NCBI GenBank assembly: GCA_019637755.1
Contig: JAHBVC010000001.1
Location: 1,453,181-1,517,180 of the forward strand
Length of the DNA stretch: 64,000 bases
Direction of reading: 5' to 3'
From: Anaerolineales bacterium
GTDB lineage: Bacteria; Chloroflexota; Anaerolineae; Anaerolineales; UBA11579
Shown: positions 9,095-18,240 of the stretch, one piece after another
Position numbering within the stretch: the stretch's first letter is position 1
How the letters are laid out: the number at the start of each line of letters is the position of its first letter
Translations under genes and position numbers: made by a program
The notes under the pieces: generated by a model
What the model saw: the letters and a program-made list of their open reading frames with translations, nothing else
Database searches by the model: none
What the model was told of the DNA's origin: nothing

Positions 9095-10168
9095 ATGGGC
9101 CATTTGTTTATTCCCGGACCGGTGGATGTAGATCCTGCGATCGCCGCCGAGCAAACGCGGGCCATGCTGCCGCACCGCAGCGCACAATTTGAGGAGATCT
9201 TCCGCCGCGCCAGCGAAAATGCGCAGAAGCTGTTCTACACACAACACCGTGTATTCATCAGCGCCTCCTCCGGCACCGGCTTTCATGAAGCGGCGGTGCG
9301 CAACTTCGTCAATCAGGATGTGCTGTGCTGTGTGAACGGCGCTTTCGCTGAGCGCTGGAAGCAGGTGGCCGAGAGCAACGGCAAGCAGGCGGATGTGCTG
9401 AGCGCCGATTGGAAAGAGCCCATCACTGCCGCGCGCGTAAAAGATGCGCTGGGGCAGAAGAAGTACGAAGCTATTTTGGTGGTGCACAACGAGACGTCAA
9501 CCGGTTTGGTGAACCCGGTGCAAGAGATTGCCGCGGTGGTGAAACAAACCAGCCCGGATACGCTGATCTGCGTGGATGCCGTCTCCTCTTTGGGTGGCGA
9601 CAAAGTAGATATGGACGGCTGGGGCTTGGATATGGTGCTGACTTCAGCACAGAAAGCCTTGGCCCTGCCGCCGGGCATCGCCCTGGCGGCGGTGAGCGAC
9701 CGCGCCATGGCCAAGGCCGAGCAGGTGGCCAACCGCGGCTGGTACTTTGACCTGGTGCGCATGGAAAAGCACCGCCTGAAGGACAGCACGCCAGCCACGC
9801 CGGCCATTGGCTTGGTGTATGCGCTGGATGCGCAATTGCAGCGCATGCTCGCCGAGGGGCTGGAGGCACGCTTTGCCCGCCATGCGGCCATGGCCGAACT
9901 GACCCGCACCTGGGCTGCCAGCCGCGGCCTGGCGCTCTACGCGCCCGAGGGCTTCCGCTCGCAGACGGTGACTACGATCGACAACACCCTCGGCATCGAG
10001 GTCAGCAAGCTCAACGGGTTTTTGAGCGAGCGCGGCATGCGCATTGCCAATGGCTACGGCCAGCTCAAGAATCTGACCTTCCGCATTGGTCACATGGGTG
10101 AACTGACCGTCACCGATATGGAGGAGCTGTTGGCCGCCATGGATGATTATCTGCACCAAGCTGCGTAA
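9095..10168 (+). CDS. class V aminotransferase (serine-pyruvate/alanine-glyoxylate type)
   Basis: GGAGG then ATG at 9095. Contains LFIPGPVDVDP, VHNETSTG, and TSAQKAL (PLP-Lys). Confidence 0.85.
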   Translation: MGHLFIPGPVDVDPAIAAEQTRAMLPHRSAQFEEIFRRASENAQKLFYTQHRVFISASSGTGFHEAAVRNFVNQDVLCCVNGAFAERWKQVAESNGKQADVLSADWKEPITAARVKDALGQKKYEAILVVHNETSTGLVNPVQEIAAVVKQTSPDTLICVDAVSSLGGDKVDMDGWGLDMVLTSAQKALALPPGIALAAVSDRAMAKAEQVANRGWYFDLVRMEKHRLKDSTPATPAIGLVYALDAQLQRMLAEGLEARFARHAAMAELTRTWAASRGLALYAPEGFRSQTVTTIDNTLGIEVSKLNGFLSERGMRIANGYGQLKNLTFRIGHMGELTVTDMEELLAAMDDYLHQAA

Positions 10169-10169
10169 A

Positions 10170-10204
10170 TAAAAAAAGCCCCGCATCTGCGGGGCTTTTT
10201 TTTT
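10170..10204. terminator. bidirectional rho-independent terminator
   Basis: A-run, then AGCCCCGC / GCGGGGCT, then a T9 run. Confidence 0.75.
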
Positions 10205-10222
10205 ATGCGTGTTGAAACCTGC

Positions 10223-10624
10223 TTAGTTGGGGCGCTTGGCGTGCGGGCGGGGGCGCGGGCGGTCGTCGGGCAGAACTGCGAACAGCACCATCTGCACCAG
10301 GCTGACGATCAGCGCCCCGAGGAAGGCGGCACCAAAGTCAGAGATTTGCAGCGGCACGCCGAACAGATTGCTCAACCAGCCGGTGGCGTAGAAGAGCAGG
10401 GTGTTGACTACCAAGCTGAACAGGCCCAGGGTGAAGACGTAGATCGGGCAGGTCAGCAGCTTGAGGATGGGCGCCAAGAAGGCATTGATGATGCCGAAGA
10501 ACAGCGCCAGCCACAGGTAGGTGGTCCAGCTTTCATTGACCACTGAAAGGCCGGGCACGATGGCGATGGCGGCGTATAGCGCCACCGCATTAACAACAAA
10601 ACGAACGATCCATGAATTCTTCAT
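10223..10624 (-). CDS. small 4-TM membrane protein (phage-holin-4_2/DUF360-like)
   Basis: Four hydrophobic helices. The sequence resembles YvlD/DUF360 proteins as I recall them. Confidence 0.55.
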   Translation of the reverse strand: MKNSWIVRFVVNAVALYAAIAIVPGLSVVNESWTTYLWLALFFGIINAFLAPILKLLTCPIYVFTLGLFSLVVNTLLFYATGWLSNLFGVPLQISDFGAAFLGALIVSLVQMVLFAVLPDDRPRPRPHAKRPN

Positions 10625-10652
10625 AATGTATGGGTAACTCCTTACCTATCTC

Positions 10653-11306
10653 CTAGAGTGTCACGTAATTATCAATACGATGTTTTACCGCATAGGCGGC
10701 CGCTTCGGCACGGGTCGAAAGCGCCAGCTTGCTCAAGATCGAACTGACATAGTTACGCACGGTTTTCTCACTAAGGAAAACTTGATCGGCGATCTCTTTG
10801 TTACGCTTGCCCTGGGCCACCAACGCCAGCACTTTGAGCTCTTGCTCGCTCAGCGCGGCAAATGCTTCGGATTCGGCCTTGCGGGTGGTCTCGCGCATGC
10901 GCTTGAACACCTGCTGGGTCACTGCCGGGTCCAATAGCGATTCGCCGCGGCCAATGCGCTCCAGGGCGCTGATCAGCTCCTGGCTGTCGATCTGCTTGAG
11001 CACATAGCCGGAGGCGCCAGCGGAGATGGCATCGAAGAGCAGCTCATCATCGGCGAAGGTGGTGAGCATCACTACCTTCGTATCAGGCTGGACGGCCATG
11101 ATCTCGCGCGTGGCGTCGATGCCGCTTTTGCCCGGCAGGCGGATATCCATCACAATCACATCCGGCTTGAAGTCGGCGGCTTTTTGGATGGCTTCGTCGG
11201 CGGTGCCGGCTTCCGCCACTACTTCAAACTGCGGATAGTGGCTAAGCAACGACTTAATGCCGAGGCGAACGACTTCATGGTCGTCGACGAGGAGAACCTT
11301 AAGCAT
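10653..11306 (-). CDS. NarL/FixJ-family response regulator
   Basis: [30 protein letters not shown], and a LuxR HTH ([17 protein letters not shown]). Confidence 0.9.
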   Translation of the reverse strand: MLKVLLVDDHEVVRLGIKSLLSHYPQFEVVAEAGTADEAIQKAADFKPDVIVMDIRLPGKSGIDATREIMAVQPDTKVVMLTTFADDELLFDAISAGASGYVLKQIDSQELISALERIGRGESLLDPAVTQQVFKRMRETTRKAESEAFAALSEQELKVLALVAQGKRNKEIADQVFLSEKTVRNYVSSILSKLALSTRAEAAAYAVKHRIDNYVTL

Positions 11307-11378
11307 GGGGCACTCTGTATAATCCCTTTTAATGATTATAGCATTGCCGCTTTTTTCACTTAGAAATCAAGGGGTGCA

Positions 11379-12767
11379 ATGAGTACGCGCACCCTCCGCT
11401 GGATGGCGATCGTGCTGCCTTTGGTGTTCATGGTGGCCGTGATCTATGTACGCGTCACCCACGTGCCGCCTGAGCGCAGCGCCGAGGGCAACGTGTTTGC
11501 CGTGTTGGCTGTGGGCTTGGGCGCCAGCTTGTTCTCGATCTTCTTTTTCAACATCATCGACCGGCGTGAGGAAGAGATCATCCGCCGTGGCCAGCAGTTG
11601 GAGGCGTTGCATGAAGCCGCCCTGGCGCTGACCGTGGAGCTTGACCTGCAGGTGGTGCTGCAAAAAATGGTGGATATCAGCCGTACCCTGCTCGACGCCA
11701 AATACGGTGCCCTGGGCGTGGTGGCGCGCGGCACCAGCCAGATCCAGCAATTCATCACCTCCGGCATTGCCCCTGAGCAGCGCGTGCGCATCGGCGCGCC
11801 GCCGGTGGGCCTGGGCTTGCTCGGCCAGATCAGCCAGCACGGCGAAGCGGTGATCGTGGATGATATTGGCAAAGATGCGCGTTCGGTGGGCTTCCCGCCC
11901 AACCATCCCCCGATGCATAGCTTGCTAGTGGTGCCGATCAAATCCAAAGGGGAGATCTTCGGCAACCTATACGTCGCTGACAAAATTGTGCGCCTGGGGC
12001 CGGATGGCCGTGAAGGCATCTTTGGCTTCAGCAAAGCGGATGCCGAACTATTGCAGAAGTTTGCCACCCAGGCGGCGATCGCCATCGAAAATGCGCAGTT
12101 GCTGCGCAAAACGCAAGAGATCACCGTGCTGCAAGAACGCGAGCGCTTTGGCATGGCGCTGCATGATGGCATTATGCAGTCGGTGTACGCCGCGGGCCTC
12201 TCCCTGCAGGAAGCCAAGTATGAGATCAATGGCAACACCGAGCACGCCAGCCGGCGCATCGACCAGACCATCGAAAACCTCAGCCAGGTGTTGCGCGATC
12301 TGCGCAACTACATCATGGGCTTGCGCACCGGGCGCTTTCAGGGGCAGGATGTGGCCACCAGCCTGGGCCAACTGACCACTGAGCTGCGCGCCAACACGTT
12401 GATGACCGTAGTCTACGACGCGCCTACCAAGCTCAGCGTGATCCGGCTGGATGAGGAGCGTACCGAAGAAATTTTGCTGATCGCCCGCGAGGCGCTCAAC
12501 AACATTCGCAAGCATGCCCAGGCACGCAATGTACTGGTGAGCTTGAAAGAAGCCGGTGATCTGGTGGTGCTGCGCATTGTGGATGATGGCATTGGATTTG
12601 ATTTCGCCACGGCCACCGGGGGCGATGGCAACGGCTTGCGCAATATGCGCGAACGGGCGCGCAAGCTGGGCGGCGAATTGAGCATCGATAGCGTGCCCAG
12701 CCAGGGTACGCAGTTGCACGTTACGATGCCGTTATCGCGCGCCGCTACCAGCCCTGCTGACGCATAA
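11379..12767 (+). CDS. GAF-domain sensor histidine kinase (HisKA_3 type)
   Basis: Two N-terminal TM segments, a GAF segment, an H-box ERERFGMALHDGIMQ, and an ATPase domain with DDGIGF and GNGLRNMRERA. It is divergent from the response regulator gene. Confidence 0.9.
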   Translation: MSTRTLRWMAIVLPLVFMVAVIYVRVTHVPPERSAEGNVFAVLAVGLGASLFSIFFFNIIDRREEEIIRRGQQLEALHEAALALTVELDLQVVLQKMVDISRTLLDAKYGALGVVARGTSQIQQFITSGIAPEQRVRIGAPPVGLGLLGQISQHGEAVIVDDIGKDARSVGFPPNHPPMHSLLVVPIKSKGEIFGNLYVADKIVRLGPDGREGIFGFSKADAELLQKFATQAAIAIENAQLLRKTQEITVLQERERFGMALHDGIMQSVYAAGLSLQEAKYEINGNTEHASRRIDQTIENLSQVLRDLRNYIMGLRTGRFQGQDVATSLGQLTTELRANTLMTVVYDAPTKLSVIRLDEERTEEILLIAREALNNIRKHAQARNVLVSLKEAGDLVVLRIVDDGIGFDFATATGGDGNGLRNMRERARKLGGELSIDSVPSQGTQLHVTMPLSRAATSPADA

Positions 12768-14088
12768 AGTAACGCAACTCTTCGCGGTGCTCCGGGTGAG
12801 CTACGTTGATCAGCTCGCTGGCGCGCTCGCGCACGCTCTTGCCGTGCAGCGAGGCGGTGCCGTATTCGGTGACCACATAGTGCACATCGCCGCGCGAGGT
12901 CACCACGCCGGCGCCTTCGCGCAGGCGTGGCACAATCCGCGAGATGCCGCCTTTGGCCAGGGCCGGCAACGCCACGATGGCCTTGCCGCCCTTCGAGCGC
13001 ACCGCGCCACGGAAGAAATCCACCTGGCCGCCGATGCCGCTGTAAAAATAGCCGCCTAACGAGTCGGCGCATACCTGGCCGCTCAGGTCCACTTCGATCG
13101 CCGAATTCACCGAAGTCATCTTGTAATTTTGGGCGATCACGAACGGATCATTGACGTAATCAGTCGGGTGCAGTTCGATCATGGCATTGTCTTGCACGAA
13201 ATCGTACAGCCGCTTGGAGCCGAACAGAAAGCCGCCGACGATCTTGCCAGGGTGCAATGTTTTGGCGGCATTTGTTACCACACCCTGCTCTACCAGATCG
13301 ACCACGCCGTCAGAAAATAGCTCGCTGTGGATCCCCAGGTTGCGCTTATCGCCCAACTTGGCCAGCACGGCGTTCGGCAGCGCACCGATGCCTAGTTGCA
13401 GGGTGGCCTCATCGGGGATCAGCTCTGCGACGCGTTCACCAATGGTTTCCTGCTCGGGCGTGATGTGCTTGTGCACTGCCTCGGGCAGCGGGTAATCCAC
13501 CGCCACCATGAAATCAATATCGCTGACGTGAATAAACGCATCACCCAGTACGCGCGGCATCTGCGCGTTCACCTCGGCGATCACCAGGGTGGCTGCCTCC
13601 GCCGCCGGCTTGGTGACGCCGACTTCCACGCCATATGAGCAGAAGCCGTGGCGATCTGGCGGCGAAACCTGGATGAAAGCAATATCCAGCGGCAACTGCC
13701 CATCGCGAAACAGGGCCGGTACCTCAGACAAGAAGATAGGGATGTAGTCGGCGCGGCCTTCGTTCACCGCTTGGCGCGCCGGCGCACCGATGAACAAGGC
13801 GCGGTGGCGAAAATTATTGACGTAGCGCGGCTGCAAATACTCGCCGCCCGCAAAGGTTAGCACGTGCACCACTTCCACATCTTCGAGGCCAGCGGCGCGT
13901 GCCACCATGGCACGCTCGATCTCCTGCGGAAAGCCCGCGCCGCCGCCGAGGTAGATGCGCGCTCCGGAGGGAATACGTTGGACGGCTTCCTCAGCAGAAA
14001 TATATTTTGGGGCGAAAAGGGTATCCGCGGCGTTCATAGGCAGATGATACATAGAGTTGCCTTGTTTTCCCAGATGACGAATGTACAA
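12745..14088 (-). CDS. acetyl-CoA hydrolase/transferase family protein (4-hydroxybutyrate CoA-transferase-like)
   Basis: SGIGGQVDFFRGA and the family-typical N-terminus KYISAEEAV..IPSG. Alternative starts lie at 14052 and 14037. Confidence 0.85.
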   Translation of the reverse strand: MYIRHLGKQGNSMYHLPMNAADTLFAPKYISAEEAVQRIPSGARIYLGGGAGFPQEIERAMVARAAGLEDVEVVHVLTFAGGEYLQPRYVNNFRHRALFIGAPARQAVNEGRADYIPIFLSEVPALFRDGQLPLDIAFIQVSPPDRHGFCSYGVEVGVTKPAAEAATLVIAEVNAQMPRVLGDAFIHVSDIDFMVAVDYPLPEAVHKHITPEQETIGERVAELIPDEATLQLGIGALPNAVLAKLGDKRNLGIHSELFSDGVVDLVEQGVVTNAAKTLHPGKIVGGFLFGSKRLYDFVQDNAMIELHPTDYVNDPFVIAQNYKMTSVNSAIEVDLSGQVCADSLGGYFYSGIGGQVDFFRGAVRSKGGKAIVALPALAKGGISRIVPRLREGAGVVTSRGDVHYVVTEYGTASLHGKSVRERASELINVAHPEHREELRYFMRQQGW

Positions 14089-14253
14089 AAATCCTGTAAA
14101 TTGTCCCTAATCTGTCGTAGGGAAGGGCCAGGCTTCCCAAGAAACTTGGGACACTGGGTAGGCAGAATGTCCCTAGTGCTAGCTGGCGAGAACGCGTACA
14201 GTAGGCCTAACTTTGGTTGACGAGTTTGCCAGGAGCAAACTCAGGAGGAAGAA

Positions 14254-14820
14254 ATGAGCTCTGTTTTGCAAAAGGGTCGCCTTATTCAAGACCCGCCGTT
14301 CGCTAAGTTCTTATTCAATGATGTTCGTATGGCTTGGTTGTGGCTGGCAGTGCGTGTGTGGCTCGGCTACGAATGGCTGGAATCCGGCTTGGGCAAGCTC
14401 AGCAACCCCGGCTGGACCCAGACCGGTGAGGCCCTCAAGGGCTTCTGGAGCAACGCGGTGGCCATCCCCGAGACGGGCCGCCCGCCAATCACCTTTGATT
14501 GGTACCGCGATTTTCTGCAGTTCATGCTCGACTCGAACAGCTACGTTTGGTTCGGCAAGCTGATTGCTTACGGTGAAGTTCTGGTCGGTATTGCCCTGAT
14601 CCTGGGCGCCTTCACCGGCATCGCCGCCTTCTTCGGTGGTTTCATGAACTTCAACTTCATGCTGGCCGGTTCCGCCAGCACCAACCCGCTGCTGTTCATC
14701 GCCTCTCTGGGCTTGATCATGGGTTGGAAGATCGCCGGTTACATCGGCCTGGACTACTTCTTGCTCCCCTGGATCGGCACCCCCTGGGGGCGGGAACCAG
14801 CAAAGAAAACAAAAAAGTAG
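14254..14820 (+). CDS. DoxX/DoxD-like membrane protein
   Basis: AGGAGG RBS and four TM helices. The sequence resembles the DoxD/TQO small subunit family. Confidence 0.65.
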   Translation: MSSVLQKGRLIQDPPFAKFLFNDVRMAWLWLAVRVWLGYEWLESGLGKLSNPGWTQTGEALKGFWSNAVAIPETGRPPITFDWYRDFLQFMLDSNSYVWFGKLIAYGEVLVGIALILGAFTGIAAFFGGFMNFNFMLAGSASTNPLLFIASLGLIMGWKIAGYIGLDYFLLPWIGTPWGREPAKKTKK

Positions 14821-14832
14821 CATCCGCTAGAT

Positions 14833-14865
14833 AAAAAAAAGAGGCCCGCAAGGGCCTCTTTTTTT
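14833..14865. terminator. bidirectional rho-independent terminator
   Basis: A8 run, then GAGGCCC / GGGCCTC, then T7 run. Confidence 0.75.
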
Positions 14866-14877
14866 ATGGCTTGGTGT

Positions 14878-15288
14878 TTAGCCCAGCAGACTGCGATGAT
14901 CCACCATGATGCAGCGATCCATCACAATGGGCAGGCCGGCCGCTTCGGCGGCGGCTGCGGCCTGGGCATCTTCCACACCCAGTTGCGCCCATACCGCTTT
15001 GGCGCCGGCTTGGATCGCTTCGGCCACGATGGCCGGCAGGTGTTCGGAGCGCCGGAACACGTCGACGATATCAATTGGTTCGGGCACCGAAGCCAGATCC
15101 GGATACGAGGGTTGGCCATCGATCTCGCTCACCGCGGGGTTGACGGGATAGACGGTGTAGCCCGCCTGGCGCAGATACTGGGCAATGCGATAGCTGGTGC
15201 GATGCGGTTTATCCGAATGGCCTACGACGGCAATCGTGCGCGCCGTTTGCAACAGATTGCGAAGCTCCTCTTGCGTGTGTAGCGTCAA
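14878..15288 (-). CDS. CoA-binding protein (YccU/YneT-like)
   Basis: ARTIAVVGHSDKPHRTSYRIAQYLRQAGYTVYPVNP. Confidence 0.85.
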   Translation of the reverse strand: MTLHTQEELRNLLQTARTIAVVGHSDKPHRTSYRIAQYLRQAGYTVYPVNPAVSEIDGQPSYPDLASVPEPIDIVDVFRRSEHLPAIVAEAIQAGAKAVWAQLGVEDAQAAAAAEAAGLPIVMDRCIMVDHRSLLG

Positions 15289-16256
15289 AACGAATCCTCC
15301 CAGGGAAAGCGCATCCAGATCAGGGTGCGCAAAACAGTGAACCCGGCGGCATCAAAGGCCGGGATGGCCAGACCGGCGGGGTAATTCAGCGCCAGCTTGC
15401 GGTCAGGCTCCAGATGGCGGCTGGCCGCAGCCAGCAAGGCCGCCAGGGGCGGCTGTGGGTCATCGGCGGCGGCGGCCAGCCATAAGCGATCGGCTTCCAA
15501 ATTCGTGCGTTGCCAGGTGAGCACGGCCCGCAAGCTGCCGGCAGCCTGTGCGCTCCATTGTAGCGTGCGCGTGGGGCCGAACAGGCGATGCAAGCTGCCT
15601 TGCAAACCGGGCTGCAGGGCGGCCAGGTTGAGTGGCAACTGCCAGCGCACATCCGCCGGGTAGCTATGCTTCAGCCACGCGGATTGCTGCGGCCAATCGT
15701 GCGCCTGGCGGCTGCGCACCCCCGCCGCCGGTCGTGCCGGGCGATCGGGCGGCCAGCCGCGCCAACTGGTGCGGCGCAATTTTTCCACGAAGCCCAGGCG
15801 CTGGTAGAGATGCACCGCGGTGGCATTGGTTTGGTCTACCTGCAACCAGGTTTCTGGGCCGCCGCGGGCGCGTAAATCGTCCAGGGCGGCCAGGGTGAGT
15901 TGCTGGGCAATGCCGCGGCGCTGGTAGGCCGGGTGCACCGCTACGTTGGCGATCAAATAGCGCGTGTGGCCGCCGCGAGGTTGCGGGATCAGGTTGAGAT
16001 TGCCCACCAGCACGCCATCTTCGACCCAGACCATGCCCATCAGTGGGGCATCGCCCTCCAATGGTTGTGGCAGCCAGCGCCCGGCGCGGGCAGCTTGGCG
16101 CATCTGGCGGATGTAGGCGTGGCCGTCAGAATCCAGCGAGGGGGCAAAGCACAGCTCCACCAGATCGGCCACCGCCAGCAGATCGCGGCGCACATAAAAG
16201 GGGCGCAGGTTGGCGGGGCGGGGCTGGGAGGCGAGATGGATGGTTTGGGCGCTCAT
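15285..16256 (-). CDS. GNAT-family N-acetyltransferase with extra C-terminal domain
   Basis: IANVAVHPAYQRRGIAQQL (motif A). Confidence 0.7.
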   Translation of the reverse strand: MSAQTIHLASQPRPANLRPFYVRRDLLAVADLVELCFAPSLDSDGHAYIRQMRQAARAGRWLPQPLEGDAPLMGMVWVEDGVLVGNLNLIPQPRGGHTRYLIANVAVHPAYQRRGIAQQLTLAALDDLRARGGPETWLQVDQTNATAVHLYQRLGFVEKLRRTSWRGWPPDRPARPAAGVRSRQAHDWPQQSAWLKHSYPADVRWQLPLNLAALQPGLQGSLHRLFGPTRTLQWSAQAAGSLRAVLTWQRTNLEADRLWLAAAADDPQPPLAALLAAASRHLEPDRKLALNYPAGLAIPAFDAAGFTVLRTLIWMRFPWEDSF

Positions 16257-16299
16257 AGCCGCGCGTCAATTATAGTGCCGCGTTGATATAATCCGTTTT

Positions 16300-17133
16300 A
16301 TGCACACCCAACAGCCGCTGCTGAGAAAACTCCCCCTGCTTTTGGTGATGGCCAGCTTGCTGGCGCTGGTCTTGCTCTCGGCTTGGCCCGGCCAGGCGGT
16401 TGCCGCCCCTTTGCTGCAAGCCACACCCCAGCCGCTGCCTGAGCCTGGCGCGGATGGACGCGTGCTCTACACCGCACTGCCCGGCGATTCACCGTGGTTG
16501 ATTGCCGGCAAGTTCAACATTCCCATCGAGCAGTTGCGTATTTTGAACTCCTGGGGAGCTGACAAAATCCTGCAAGAAGGCGAAACCGTGGTGTTGGCCG
16601 TGGTGACCGACCCCGCGCCCACCAGCCAGGCGACCTCTGAAGTTGTGGCCACCTCTACACCGGAGGGCATGCCCGGTACCGGCACGATTTGTGTGCTGCT
16701 CTTTGAAGATGCCAATGGCGATGCGATGCGCCAGGATGATGAATTTGGTATTCCCGGCGGCGCCGCCAGCGTGAGCGAGCGCACCAACCTGGCTTCACGC
16801 ACCGGCGATACGGTGCAACAAACCGATGCAGATGGCTTGCCGGTGCCCATGTGCTTTGATGATCTGCCCGGCGGTGAGTACACCGTCAGCGTAGCCGCCC
16901 CGGCGGGCTATAACCCCACCACGGCGCAGAATGCGACGATCCAGCTCAACCCGGGGGATGAAACCAGCCTCAACTTCGGCGCGCAACCCGGTTCGGGCAG
17001 CGGGCTCAACCTGCTCACGCCTGAAGAGGGTGGCCCGCCTTCCCCATTGATGGGTTTGCTGGGCATCGTGTTGGTGATTGCTGGCGGCGGGCTGGGCGTG
17101 TATAGCTGGCAGCTCTCGCGGCGGCGTTTTTAA
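16300..17133 (+). CDS. secreted LysM-domain protein with C-terminal membrane anchor
   Basis: Signal peptide, LysM (YTALPGDSPWLIAGKFNIPIEQLRILN), a SdrD-B/Cna-like middle region, and the C-terminal TM segment LLGIVLVIAGGGLGVY. Confidence 0.75.
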   Translation: MHTQQPLLRKLPLLLVMASLLALVLLSAWPGQAVAAPLLQATPQPLPEPGADGRVLYTALPGDSPWLIAGKFNIPIEQLRILNSWGADKILQEGETVVLAVVTDPAPTSQATSEVVATSTPEGMPGTGTICVLLFEDANGDAMRQDDEFGIPGGAASVSERTNLASRTGDTVQQTDADGLPVPMCFDDLPGGEYTVSVAAPAGYNPTTAQNATIQLNPGDETSLNFGAQPGSGSGLNLLTPEEGGPPSPLMGLLGIVLVIAGGGLGVYSWQLSRRRF

Positions 17134-17138
17134 GCCAA

Positions 17139-18146
17139 CTACGCGGCCAGCGTTTGGTAGGCCGCATCCAACGCAGCTTCAAAAGCGCCCGCGTCCCAGC
17201 TGGCGCTTTTTTGTGCCGCTTGCTGCTCCAGGGTGGCGCGCAGGCCCTCCTCCACCACCAGGGTAATGATCGCCGCGCCCAGGCGGCGCGCATCGCCCGC
17301 GGGCACCAAGTACGCCGCGGCGCCGGCCATCGCCGCGCTGCGCGGCTCTTGCAGAGCCACCACCGCTTTGCCAGCTGCCAGTGCCTGGCGCAGCGGGCTG
17401 CCCCAGGCCGGCGGAACCTCCGGATGCAGGAACGCGGTGCATTGTTGGATCACATCGGGCAGTGCGGCCGGGCTGGGCTGGATCAGCTGCACGCTGTCTT
17501 GTAGATCACGGATGGCAAGCTGGTTTTCCAACCAGGCTTGCTGCTTTGCGTCCAAGCCGGCAATGTGCAAGGGATACAGCTCGCCGATCGAGCCGGCGGC
17601 CCAGCTCCATGCGTTGAGCAAATGCGCTAACACCTGTGCATCGCCCGAGCCTTGGTACAGCAAATACTCCTGTGCTGGGTTGGCGGGCTCATGGGGCGAG
17701 GGTGTGGCAAAAGGTGGCAGGTTGTGTACCTGGCGCTCCGGCGCGGGCAGATCGTGCGGCCACAGCAGCCTGGCGCGTGCCAGGCCGCCTTGCGCCTGAG
17801 CCGCCGCCATGCGGCTCCGGCCAGCGGCCTCCGTTGCGTACTCTGCCGGGCTGACCAACGTAGGCAGCTTGCCCAGCAGGGCCGCGGCGGCCGCGGTGGT
17901 GTGGATCGCCGCTGCGCCGTGCTCGGCAGCCAGCACCTGCAGGGCGCGTTGCTCCCAGTCGCCGCGGTTACGCGGCGTCAGGTGTAGCGGATGCACACCG
18001 CTGGGCAGCTCGCTGGCGACCGCTGCCGGCAGCGCCAGCAGCCGCTCGACCCTGGCGGGTGCTGCGGCGAGTAGCTCGCGCAGGTGGGTTGCCGCCGGGC
18101 TCAGCGGCGCATAGGCCAGCGGCCAACCGTCGTAGAGAATACGCAT
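17139..18146 (-). CDS. putative glycosyltransferase (GT1/GT4-like, divergent)
   Basis: MRILYDGWPL start and overall GT-B-like layout. Motif support is weak. Confidence 0.45.
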   Translation of the reverse strand: MRILYDGWPLAYAPLSPAATHLRELLAAAPARVERLLALPAAVASELPSGVHPLHLTPRNRGDWEQRALQVLAAEHGAAAIHTTAAAAALLGKLPTLVSPAEYATEAAGRSRMAAAQAQGGLARARLLWPHDLPAPERQVHNLPPFATPSPHEPANPAQEYLLYQGSGDAQVLAHLLNAWSWAAGSIGELYPLHIAGLDAKQQAWLENQLAIRDLQDSVQLIQPSPAALPDVIQQCTAFLHPEVPPAWGSPLRQALAAGKAVVALQEPRSAAMAGAAAYLVPAGDARRLGAAIITLVVEEGLRATLEQQAAQKSASWDAGAFEAALDAAYQTLAA

Positions 18147-18240
18147 GCGAAGATTATATGTGAGTGAACGTATAGGGAAGCGGGCATCTGGCCTGGCCGG
18201 GCGCAGTGTGGGGCAAGCGGCCGTTTATAATTAGCGTTCA

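Noticed and set aside
18147-18240. Possible T-box or other leader upstream of glyQS.
   Set aside because: The region is only 94 nt, with no specifier or antiterminator-like helices that I could fold by eye.
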